Assembly: GCA_038065655.1 (NCBI GenBank)
Contig: JBBTQO010000001.1
Location: forward strand, 2,517-66,516
Direction of reading: 5' to 3'
Origin: Patescibacteria group bacterium
GTDB lineage: Bacteria > Patescibacteriota > Minisyncoccia > Phycocordibacterales > WO2-35-19
Length of the DNA stretch: 64,000 nt
Shown piece after piece: positions 55,738-64,000 of this stretch. Both the position numbers and the translations under genes were made by a program. Below the pieces are notes generated by a model. It did no database searches and was not told the DNA's origin. It saw only the letters and a list, made by a program, of their open reading frames with translations. Position 1 is the first letter of the stretch. The number at the start of each line of letters is the position of its first letter.

Positions 55738-57486
55738 TTATTCCAAAACTGCTTTGATGCGGCGGACGCCGAGAGAGACTGCTTCTTCTTTCAAAATTTT
55801 AAATTTACCGAGATCCTTTGTGTTAGAAATGTGGGGACCGCCGCAAAATTCCTTGGACCAAGCGGTCTCTAGCGAATCACCAACAAAGTAAATAGAAACT
55901 TCATTACCGTACTTATCACCAAAAGCGTGGACGGCGCCAGTTTTTTCGGCATCAATTTTTTTCATTACAATTTTATTGACCGGCAGATTTTCTGAAATTT
56001 TTTGGTTAACTAAATCTTCAACTTTTTGTTTTTCTTCATCTGTCATTTTGCGGCCAAAACCAAAATCAAAACGCAATCGCTCACTATTGATGTTGCTCCC
56101 CTTCTGCCTGATAGGTTCACCCAAAATAATTTCAAGAGCTTGGCGTAAAAGATGAGTAGTAGTATGAAGTTTTTTTGTTTCTTCTCCCGCATCCGATAGT
56201 CCGCCCTTAAACATACCAGCGCTGGAAGTACGTGAAAGTTCTTGATGTTTTTTTAATTCTTCATTAAATTTATTCTCATCAATTTCCTCTCCTTTTTCTT
56301 TAGCTAATTCCTTGGTGAGCTCTAGTGGAAAACCATAAGAAGTGAAAAGAGTGAATGGATCTACTCCCTTTTCAAATTCTTTCAAACCATTTTCCAAAGT
56401 TTTTTCAAATTTTTCTTCTTCTTGAGATAAATTAGATAAAACAAAATCTTTATTTTTGTTTAATTCCGGATAAACATCTTTATATATTTCTATTACAACC
56501 TCGGCAATTTCTTTGGTGAAAGATTTGAGACCAAGCTGTTTGCCGTATCTTACTGCGCGTCTAATCAATCGGCGCAAAACATAACCTTGGCCCGTATTGG
56601 CTGGAGCAATCCCCTTTTCATCACCTAAAATAAAAGCAGAAGCTTTTAAATGATCGGCGATAATACGCATAGCTCTCACATTTTGACCCCCATATTTTTT
56701 ACCAGAGAGTTTTTCTATTTTTTGCATAATAGGCCAGAAAAGTTCTGTTTTATAATTATCATCCAATCCGTTCATTACCGCCAAAGTTCTTTCCAGGCCC
56801 ATTCCGGTGTCTACATTTTGTTGGGTTAGAGGTTCAAATTTGCCACCAGATGTTTTGTTATATTGCATAAAAACATCATTCCAGATTTCCAACCATTGGG
56901 GGTTATCATCATTAAAACTCTTAGGTACTTCTTTTGGATCTCCTACCCAATAAAACATTTCGGTGTCGGGTCCACATGGTCCTGTTTTCCCCGCTGGCCC
57001 CCACCAATTATTTTTTTTGGACAATTTAGCTATTCTTTTTTCTGGAATTCCCAGAGATTTCCATTTTTCAAATGCTTCCTCATCAAAAGGAGCATCATCA
57101 TCTCCTTGGAAAACTGAAACAGCAAGTCTGTTTTTATCAAGGTCGAGCCACTCCTTTGAGGTTAAAAATTCAAAACTCCACTCAATGGCTTCTTCTTTAA
57201 AATAATCTCCGAGCGACCAATTGCCGAGCATTTCAAAAAAAGTGTGATGACTACCATCCCCGACTTCATCTATATCTCCGGTCCTAATGCATTTCTGAAC
57301 ATCAGCAAGTCTATTTCCGGAAGGATGTTTTTCGCCTAAAAGATAAGGAACAAGTGGATGCATACCTGCGGTAGTAAAAAGTACTGACGGATCGTTTTCG
57401 GGCACTAAAGAAGAGCTCGGGATTATTTTATGCCCTTTCCCTTCAAAAAACTCTAAATATTTTTTTCTGATTTCTGCCGGGGTCAT
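55738..57486 (-). CDS. alaS: Alanine--tRNA ligase (short, no C-Ala domain)
   Basis: FTTAGM, HHTFFEMLGN, DTGMGLER, EFCGGPH. Confidence 0.96.
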   Translation of the reverse strand: MTPAEIRKKYLEFFEGKGHKIIPSSSLVPENDPSVLFTTAGMHPLVPYLLGEKHPSGNRLADVQKCIRTGDIDEVGDGSHHTFFEMLGNWSLGDYFKEEAIEWSFEFLTSKEWLDLDKNRLAVSVFQGDDDAPFDEEAFEKWKSLGIPEKRIAKLSKKNNWWGPAGKTGPCGPDTEMFYWVGDPKEVPKSFNDDNPQWLEIWNDVFMQYNKTSGGKFEPLTQQNVDTGMGLERTLAVMNGLDDNYKTELFWPIMQKIEKLSGKKYGGQNVRAMRIIADHLKASAFILGDEKGIAPANTGQGYVLRRLIRRAVRYGKQLGLKSFTKEIAEVVIEIYKDVYPELNKNKDFVLSNLSQEEEKFEKTLENGLKEFEKGVDPFTLFTSYGFPLELTKELAKEKGEEIDENKFNEELKKHQELSRTSSAGMFKGGLSDAGEETKKLHTTTHLLRQALEIILGEPIRQKGSNINSERLRFDFGFGRKMTDEEKQKVEDLVNQKISENLPVNKIVMKKIDAEKTGAVHAFGDKYGNEVSIYFVGDSLETAWSKEFCGGPHISNTKDLGKFKILKEEAVSLGVRRIKAVLE

Positions 57487-57490
57487 GTGG

Positions 57491-57898
57491 TTATTTTATA
57501 TTATTTAAATCTCCATTTAAAACAATTCCATCAAAAGAAACCAATTCATCATTGATGTATTTTTGGTTTGGTAGGGGGTTGAGAATAAAAATCTTATTAC
57601 CATTATGGTGAGCAAAAGCCATTTCAATAAATGTATTGGCTCCGATATAATTTTTAATATCACCTTTTGTGTAATTTGCTACCAAAATGGCATCTGATTT
57701 CTCAATCTTATTTAAATGTTCGTTTACAAGTCCTAATCCTTTTTTGGCTTCAATCCGACTTTTTCCATCTTCGGACCAATAGTCTACCCCGACAACTTTT
57801 ATTGGCATAAATACTTCGTGACCGTTTGCTTTGAGCTGTTTCTGAAACCCAACCATTTCATCGAAAAATTTTATTGATCCGCAAATTGTTATTTTCAT
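57491..57898 (-). CDS. Nucleoside 2-deoxyribosyltransferase-like protein
   Basis: ITICGS, SDAILVAN, YIGANTFIEMAFA. Confidence 0.7.
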   Translation of the reverse strand: MKITICGSIKFFDEMVGFQKQLKANGHEVFMPIKVVGVDYWSEDGKSRIEAKKGLGLVNEHLNKIEKSDAILVANYTKGDIKNYIGANTFIEMAFAHHNGNKIFILNPLPNQKYINDELVSFDGIVLNGDLNNIK

Positions 57899-57901
57899 AT
57901 A

Positions 57902-58369
57902 TTAAATTATTTTTAATTCTTTAAACCATTCATACATTACCGGCTCAAGTCCGGGATTTTGGTTCCATTCTTCTTCTGGGATTTCTTTTTTGTTGTATCT
58001 TTCTGTTTTATTTCCAAGCTCCCTTATTTGATCTTTGGTGTACCAATTTGCCTGTTTGGTCTCACTTTCACTTCTTTCAATATTACCTTCTATATTAACT
58101 TGATATATTTTCCAATAATGCCAAGTGCCACTTTCTCTTCTACAATGGTTTTCTTTCTTGCCCTCAATGACCAATTTTATTTCTTTTGTATCTAGACCAA
58201 CTTCTTCTTTCAGTTCTCGCATCGCTGATTCTTCAAATGTTTTGTCTCCATCTACGTGACCTGCTGGAATAGCAAAACCAAAAGGAAATTTTGCTCTTTC
58301 AATTAACAACAATTTATCATCTTTCCAAACTAACATCCCTACACTTGTGTGGTCGCAAACTTTAGACAT
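57902..58369 (-). CDS. NUDIX hydrolase
   Basis: PAGHVD....EESAMRELKEEVG. Confidence 0.9.
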   Translation of the reverse strand: MSKVCDHTSVGMLVWKDDKLLLIERAKFPFGFAIPAGHVDGDKTFEESAMRELKEEVGLDTKEIKLVIEGKKENHCRRESGTWHYWKIYQVNIEGNIERSESETKQANWYTKDQIRELGNKTERYNKKEIPEEEWNQNPGLEPVMYEWFKELKII

Positions 58370-58700
58370 ATTTTTTTATATTATTTACATAAGCCATTCC
58401 CATTTCCATCAAACAGTTTCCACCGATATAATTTTGGACTCCTTTTTTCTCTAGATTTACAATAAGAACTGCATCGCTCTCAAGAATATGTTTGTAATGT
58501 TGGCGAATATAATCGTTTTGCTTTTTCCATTCTGCGTGTTCACCAAGAGAAAGTGCTTCTACGATTTGTTGTTTATCTCCGCGAATATGAGCTTCATAAT
58601 CTGGATGTATCCAACCATCATAACCAAACTCACACAACTCATCTTTGTATTCAACCATTTCTTTTATAAAACTATTGCTCCCTAAAACATATATTTTCAT
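58362..58700 (-). CDS. Second NDT-like paralog, probably C-terminally truncated
   Basis: SDAVLIVN..YIGGNCLMEMGMA, then stop shortly after. Confidence 0.6.
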   Translation of the reverse strand: MKIYVLGSNSFIKEMVEYKDELCEFGYDGWIHPDYEAHIRGDKQQIVEALSLGEHAEWKKQNDYIRQHYKHILESDAVLIVNLEKKGVQNYIGGNCLMEMGMAYVNNIKKYV

Positions 58701-58795
58701 ATCCCCATTTTACAACAAAAAAGCTTTATTTCCAATAATTGATTTTAGGCGGGTTTAAGGTTATATTTGTGGAACTATTATTTTAATTTATAAAA

Positions 58796-60064
58796 ATGAA
58801 TTACAAAAAAAAGGTTTTAAAAAATGGTTTGAGGATTGTAGTAGTACCCATGAAGGGCTCACCTTCGGTTACTGTTATGTCACTTATTGAGGCCGGTTCA
58901 AAATACGAAAACAAACAAAATAATGGTATTTCACATTTTTTGGAACATATGTGTTTTAAGGGGACGAACAAGAGAACCAAGGCTGGAGATATCGCTAAAG
59001 AATTTGATTCTCTTGGCGCTCAAAATAATGCTTTTACTGGCCCGGAAGTAACCGGTTATTGGGGCAAAGCACACAAAAAACATACAGATAAAATGTTGGA
59101 TATTACCGCTGATATGTATTTGAATCCAACTTTTCCTGAAAAAGATTTGGAGACTGAAAAAGGAGTAATAGTAGAAGAAATAAATATGTACGAAGATTTA
59201 CCTCAAATACTTGTAAATGAAGTTTTTGACAAACTTCTATATGGAGACCAACCGGCCGGATGGAGTGTCGCTGGTACCAAAGAAAATGTTCGCTCGTTTA
59301 ATAGGAATGATTTTATAAATTACAGGAAACAGCATTATGTGGCTTCTGCGACTACTATTGTTGTTGCTGGCGATGTGGATGAAAAAGATATATTTAAAAA
59401 AGTGGAAAAATATTTTGCTAATATCCCGAAAGGCAAGAAAACAGCTAAGAAAAAAGTTATTGAAAAACAAACATCACCAGCGGTAAGTGTCAAATTTAAA
59501 GAAACTGACCAGACCCATTTGGTTTTGGGAGTGCGGGCTTTTGGCCTTTATGACAAAAGAATACCAGTTCTTAATTTGTTATCGTCTATTTTGGGTAGAG
59601 GTATGAGTTCTCGACTTTTCCAAAAAATGAGATATCAACTTGGCATTTGTTATTATGTGAAATCTCACATTGAAAATCTTACCGACCATGGCTATATGGC
59701 TATCTCTGCTGGAGTTGATTCAAAAAGAGTTGGAGAGGCCATTAAAGGGATTTTAGAAGAGCTTACAAAAATCAGAGATGAAAAAGTTCCGGAAGAAGAA
59801 TTGCGTAAGGTTAAAGACCTTGTTATTGGAAGAATGTATCTAAGTTTGGAATCTTCAGATGCTTTGGCCAACTTTTTTGGCGGTCAGGAAATAATGAAAG
59901 AAAAAATAAAAACACCAAAAGAACTAGAGGAAGAAATTGAAAAAATAACTACCGCTGACATAGCAAAAGTGGCAAAAGAAGTTATCCAAAACAAAAAACT
60001 CAACCTTGCTATTGTTGGTAAATATAATGATGAATCTCGCTTCAAAAATATTCTGAAAGTTTAA
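58796..60064 (+). CDS. M16 family zinc peptidase
   Basis: HFLEH inverted zincin motif, NAFT, SSRLF. Confidence 0.93.
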   Translation: MNYKKKVLKNGLRIVVVPMKGSPSVTVMSLIEAGSKYENKQNNGISHFLEHMCFKGTNKRTKAGDIAKEFDSLGAQNNAFTGPEVTGYWGKAHKKHTDKMLDITADMYLNPTFPEKDLETEKGVIVEEINMYEDLPQILVNEVFDKLLYGDQPAGWSVAGTKENVRSFNRNDFINYRKQHYVASATTIVVAGDVDEKDIFKKVEKYFANIPKGKKTAKKKVIEKQTSPAVSVKFKETDQTHLVLGVRAFGLYDKRIPVLNLLSSILGRGMSSRLFQKMRYQLGICYYVKSHIENLTDHGYMAISAGVDSKRVGEAIKGILEELTKIRDEKVPEEELRKVKDLVIGRMYLSLESSDALANFFGGQEIMKEKIKTPKELEEEIEKITTADIAKVAKEVIQNKKLNLAIVGKYNDESRFKNILKV

Positions 60065-60670
60065 TTACAAATCTTTCAAAATAGCGAAGTCGGTTTTGAG
60101 TTGATCGAGGGTGTGGGAATTGTAGACGGCGACGGCAGGATGGTAGAGCGGAACGATTTTGATGGCGCCATAGGTAGCAGTGCCGTCAAAAACTTTGCCA
60201 TGATTTTGGCTTATTGGTTCCAGTTCAAATTCCAAACCGAATTTAGGCATTATGTAGTACATGGCATACCGACCGAGAGTAGCTATAATTTTGGGCTGTA
60301 TAATTTCAATTTGTCGATCCAAAAATGGTCCGTAAATTTCTATCTCTTCCGGTAGAGGGTCGCGATTCATTGGTGGTCGGTCTTTGACAATATTTGTTAC
60401 ATAAACATCTTCTCTTTTTATACCGACAGAATTTAAGAGTTCATCTAAAATTTGGCCAGCGCGACCACAAAATGGACGGCCCGTCTTTGCTTCGTTGCGG
60501 CCGGGCGCCTCGCCGATAAACATTATTTTGGCGGAATGGCTTCCCTCGCCTATCACCGGCAAATTTTTATTTTCAATTCTAAATTTATAAAGTGGCGACT
60601 TCTTCAACGCTACCACCTCATCTTTTATCTTTTTCATCAATTCCTTCCTTTCTTCTATAGTTTGGGTCAT
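60065..60670 (-). CDS. Uracil-DNA glycosylase (family 4-like)
   Basis: IGEAPG, PFCGRAG, YHPA. Confidence 0.92.
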   Translation of the reverse strand: MTQTIEERKELMKKIKDEVVALKKSPLYKFRIENKNLPVIGEGSHSAKIMFIGEAPGRNEAKTGRPFCGRAGQILDELLNSVGIKREDVYVTNIVKDRPPMNRDPLPEEIEIYGPFLDRQIEIIQPKIIATLGRYAMYYIMPKFGLEFELEPISQNHGKVFDGTATYGAIKIVPLYHPAVAVYNSHTLDQLKTDFAILKDL

Positions 60671-60748
60671 GCTGGAATAATACCAGAGTTAACTAATTTT
60701 ATAAACTATTTACCTATTCGCACGAATTAGAGAATACAAAATTACTTT

Positions 60749-61357
60749 CTACTTTAATTTAACGAATGCAAAACCCGGATATTCAGTGAACTCAACTTTA
60801 TCACTTTCTTTTTTATGAATTCTAAACACAGATTGTCTTATCGGAATTACCATAACTCCTCTGGGTTTTAGAATTTTAACTAGATTTTTAGGAATTTCTT
60901 CAGCGGTGGCGTTTACCAAAATTCGGTCGAATTTTTCCTTCTCGCCAACGAATAATCGGCCGTCTTTGCATTTTATTTCCGCATTTGGGAAACCATATTT
61001 TTTTAAATTATTTTTTCCCATCCTCGCAAGTTCAGGGATGATTTCCAACCCAAGCACTTCTCCGTTCGGGACAAGATGAGCTATAAGAGCAGTCGTATAA
61101 CCAGATCCAGATCCGATATCAAGAACTTTATGATCCGGTTTTAAATCAATCAGTTCAAGCATGAAAGCAACTGTGGTTGGCTGGGAAATAGTTTGTCCAA
61201 AACCTATAGGCAAAGGATAATCTTCGTAAGCTTCATTTTTGTAATTAGTATTTACAAAATCTACCCGGTCAATTTTTTCAAATGTTTTCTTAATCCCAAG
61301 TGTCTGCAAGACCTTGGTCTCTTCTAAATGTCTAATTAATTGCTCTTTGGTATTCAT
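60749..61357 (-). CDS. pcm: Protein-L-isoaspartate O-methyltransferase
   Basis: GQTISQP, VLDIGSGSGY; start taken at MNTKE. Confidence 0.9.
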   Translation of the reverse strand: MNTKEQLIRHLEETKVLQTLGIKKTFEKIDRVDFVNTNYKNEAYEDYPLPIGFGQTISQPTTVAFMLELIDLKPDHKVLDIGSGSGYTTALIAHLVPNGEVLGLEIIPELARMGKNNLKKYGFPNAEIKCKDGRLFVGEKEKFDRILVNATAEEIPKNLVKILKPRGVMVIPIRQSVFRIHKKESDKVEFTEYPGFAFVKLK

Positions 61358-62090
61358 TGGCGTATTTGCAATACTCACAATTTGGATTGGCTTTGGGAAT
61401 GTCGTCAGAATCCAAACATTTTTTCATATTCATTAAGGTTTTTTCTACCCAATCATCTTTACCAGTGTAAGGAATAAGTTTGATATCAAATTCAAGTTTG
61501 CCGTCAAAAGCTTCCCTATCACGCTTGCCATTGCAATAAACAAAATAGCCGGTGTCAGAAACTTTTAAATCATTATGTCGTAAGAGCCACTGATAAACTT
61601 CCATTTGTCTTTTGTAGCCGTCTTGCCACTCGGCATCCAAATTTACTTCTTCATCTTTGCTAGTCGCTTTGTAATCAACCACTATTAATTCCCCGCTTCC
61701 TCCGTCAGCACCTTCGGCGTTTTTTTGCCAAATATCATCAACGGCGCCAAAAACCACAAAATTGGCTGGTTCAAAAAAGGCTTCCACACCTGTAAAATTT
61801 TCACGCCATTTTTCTATTCGTGTATCTTGAAATGGCACTGCGTCTATACCATAACTTTCCATAAGAGGATGGGGAGTTTTTTGTTTGCGATGAATATCAA
61901 ATTCTTTTTTAAGCAAGGTATCAACGGCACTATTTAAATTGAAAGGAAATCCTTGTGGCCGAGAAACACCGATTCGACGATCTAAATAAAAACATCTCGG
62001 GCACTCAACAAACAAATCAATCTTTGAGCGACTTACTTTAAAGGCTTCTTCTGCCTTTGGATTGTATAATTTTTTTCGGTAAAATGCCAT
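61332..62090 (-). CDS. PD-(D/E)XK nuclease (Cas4/RecB-like)
   Basis: CPRCFY, GAVDD, VDYK, QMEVY, CEYC. Confidence 0.85.
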   Translation of the reverse strand: MAFYRKKLYNPKAEEAFKVSRSKIDLFVECPRCFYLDRRIGVSRPQGFPFNLNSAVDTLLKKEFDIHRKQKTPHPLMESYGIDAVPFQDTRIEKWRENFTGVEAFFEPANFVVFGAVDDIWQKNAEGADGGSGELIVVDYKATSKDEEVNLDAEWQDGYKRQMEVYQWLLRHNDLKVSDTGYFVYCNGKRDREAFDGKLEFDIKLIPYTGKDDWVEKTLMNMKKCLDSDDIPKANPNCEYCKYANEYQRAIN

Positions 62091-62091
62091 T

Positions 62092-62922
62092 TCACTTTTG
62101 AATCAAATCTATTTCGGCCAGCATTTTGGAAATTTTTTCGTCGGAAAGACCAGCCTGTTTGAGAATGTCGGGGTTGTCTTTGGCTTGTTTGCAAAGGACG
62201 ATGCCAGCCTGCATCAAAAGCTTTTCATCACTGGGAGTGCTTGAGTTGAGACAAGTAATAGGGTGCAAATGTGCTTCTTCAATCAGATCCTGCAAGTTGC
62301 CAACTTCTGGATAATTCCAACCGACTAATTTCATATTTCTGCATTTAGCGTACTTGATAGCGGATTCGGAAAATTTAGTATTGGTCACGAGCCAACCTTC
62401 GCTCATTTTTTTATTTTGACTAAACTGTTCAAATTCCTGATTTTCTAAATCATCCCATCTGGCTTTTATATAAAGCGCAATTTTGAGGTCTGATTTGATA
62501 CCGAGCTCATTGTGAAATTTGGCTTCAACAAAAATTAATTTTTCTTTGTTCCAAGCAACAATATCAATCTCGTGGTCGGCGCATTCTCCCTTAGCAATAA
62601 AATCAGTGGTGGTTTCAAACCCTTTGGCTCTGAAAATTTCTGCCACGAATTGTTCAAAAGGAAAACCGGTTGGACCAAGTTCCATCACTGCGCGACGAAG
62701 CGAATATCTAGCGGCGGCCGGGCTCTCTTCTTTGCCTAAAAGTTGAAAGGCGTGTCTGTAAATATCTCTAGTGGTATCACCGTCTTTGAGCTCATTTTCT
62801 ATTTGGCTAACAATTTTTTCAGTAATTTCTGAGCCGGCCTGAGCTCGCAATAAAGAATCTTTTAATTTTTGAGGGTTAAATTCTTCTCTTTCCCCTATTG
62901 CCTTTATTATATATTTTGCCAT
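62092..62922 (-). CDS. ATP-cone plus Mrr-like restriction endonuclease domain protein
   Basis: N-terminal ATP-cone (IK..G.REEF...KL..SL), GFPFEQFV, EIDI..EAK, LVTN. Confidence 0.8.
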   Translation of the reverse strand: MAKYIIKAIGEREEFNPQKLKDSLLRAQAGSEITEKIVSQIENELKDGDTTRDIYRHAFQLLGKEESPAAARYSLRRAVMELGPTGFPFEQFVAEIFRAKGFETTTDFIAKGECADHEIDIVAWNKEKLIFVEAKFHNELGIKSDLKIALYIKARWDDLENQEFEQFSQNKKMSEGWLVTNTKFSESAIKYAKCRNMKLVGWNYPEVGNLQDLIEEAHLHPITCLNSSTPSDEKLLMQAGIVLCKQAKDNPDILKQAGLSDEKISKMLAEIDLIQK

Positions 62923-62924
62923 CA

Positions 62925-64000
62925 TTAATCTATTATACCACCCCCCAAACAAATTTCACCATCATATAAAACCAAAGATTGACCGGGAGAGATGCCTATT
63001 TGAGGTTGGTCAAAAATGACTCTTGTTTGCCCGTCCTTGATTTGAATTTTGCATTTTATTTTTTCTTGACGGTATCGGATGCGACAAGATAAATTTTTGT
63101 TTGGGATTTTTCCGATTAAATTTATATCCTTGATAGAAATTTCTTGGGACAAATTTGACGACCGTCCAAAATGTCGTAACTCTTGTTTTGAACTTACTGT
63201 TATCAAGTTTTTTTCAACATTTTTAGCAATTACATACAAAGGCACTTCGCTCTCTGTTTTTTGGGTAATGGTAAAGCCGTGGCGTTCGCCGATAGTGAAA
63301 AAGAGAGCACCGTTGTGGTGGCCGATTATTTCCCCATCCAGATCTAAAACGTCACCTCTTTTTTGAGGAATATATCTGGCCAAAAATTCTTTCATATTAA
63401 TTTTGCCCAAAAAGCAAAGCCCTTGGCTATCCTTCCTTGTTTCTTGTGGCAGGCCAAATTTACCTGCAAGTTTTCGAACTTCTGATTTTTGCAGATGGCC
63501 GATAGGAAAAAGAATGTGTTTAAGTTGTTCTTGGGTTAAGGTCCAGAGGAAGTATGATTGGTCTTTGTTTTTATCAATACCTTCAAGAAGCTGATTTCCC
63601 AATGTCCGACGTTTGCAACGGTTCCCAACGTCGGACATTGGGGGCATTCTTGCATAGTGTCCGGTAGCTACAAAATCAGCGCCATTTTTTAAAGCAAATT
63701 TTAGAAAGTGGCCAAACTTTATTTCTTTATTGCACATCACGTCTGGATTGGGAGTCCGCCCTTGCCTGTATTCATCAATCATATAATCAACCACTTCTTT
63801 TTTATATTCTTTTTCTAAATCAAGAGTGATGAAAGGAATATTTAAAATCGCGGCCACCTTCATGGCGCTCCGCCTATCTTCCTTCCAACTGCAAGGATAA
63901 CCTTCTGGTGTCCAAGCCTTAATAAAAACTCCAGTCACATCATAGCCATCTTTTTGCAACAAAGTTACTGAAACAGCGCTATCTACTCCGCCCGACAATC
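62925..64000 (-). CDS. mnmA: tRNA 2-thiouridylase MnmA (start may lie just outside the window)
   Basis: SGGVDS, TPNPDVMCN, TGHYAR, KDQSYFL, PGQ. Confidence 0.96.
   Translation of the reverse strand, partial: LSGGVDSAVSVTLLQKDGYDVTGVFIKAWTPEGYPCSWKEDRRSAMKVAAILNIPFITLDLEKEYKKEVVDYMIDEYRQGRTPNPDVMCNKEIKFGHFLKFALKNGADFVATGHYARMPPMSDVGNRCKRRTLGNQLLEGIDKNKDQSYFLWTLTQEQLKHILFPIGHLQKSEVRKLAGKFGLPQETRKDSQGLCFLGKINMKEFLARYIPQKRGDVLDLDGEIIGHHNGALFFTIGERHGFTITQKTESEVPLYVIAKNVEKNLITVSSKQELRHFGRSSNLSQEISIKDINLIGKIPNKNLSCRIRYRQEKIKCKIQIKDGQTRVIFDQPQIGISPGQSLVLYDGEICLGGGIID
63598..63642. mobile_element. Family B REP doublet in frame in mnmA
   Basis: Perfect 16-bp IR cccaatgtccgacgtt with 13-nt spacer; encodes PMSDVGNRCKRRTLG. 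Confidence 0.85.

Noticed and set aside
55738-57486. Short AlaRS (and GAD-less AspRS) as pseudogenes
   Set aside because: Catalytic motifs intact; compact forms are expected in reduced CPR genomes
63150-63180. Imperfect hairpin tttgacgaccgtccaaa in mnmA as another REP insertion
   Set aside because: Short, imperfect and single-copy in the window

Overview
AT-rich bacterial chromosomal segment whose gene content and style point to a Patescibacteria (CPR, Parcubacteria-like) genome; this is an inference from the short AlaRS/AspRS, the TPR membrane protein, the DUF2341/LamG surface protein and the scarcity of central-metabolism genes. Housekeeping blocks: murJ-lepA, cysS, rplI/rpmA, gltX-murG-ftsW-mraY, scpAB, aspS, trpS, the infA...rpoA-rplQ-rplM-rpsI-grpE-dnaK-dnaJ run, alaS and mnmA. 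An accessory region spans about 31-46 kb. The most striking signal is a set of small palindromic mobile DNAs. (i) Two REP-associated HUH tyrosine transposases (RAYT) are each bracketed by, and carry internally, their own distinct palindrome; the same palindromes occur as hairpin doublets in frame inside lepA and mnmA. (ii) Further short palindromes and 7-9-mer arrays lie in frame in gltX, scpA, cysS, aspS, lepA and a methyltransferase. (iii) A stand-alone GIY-YIG nuclease cassette sits at the anticodon of tRNA-Gly with an exact 34-bp duplication of the tRNA 5' half and no integrase. (iv) An 82-83 bp MITE-like element begins at TAA stop codons. Also noted: a MazF/PemK toxin 3' end with a candidate antisense sRNA that has its own promoter and terminator, an ALDH-fold protein apparently fused to a class I LysRS anticodon-binding tail, two long structured leaders, and an internally deleted IS3-family element. 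All family calls come from motif recognition; no database searches were run.
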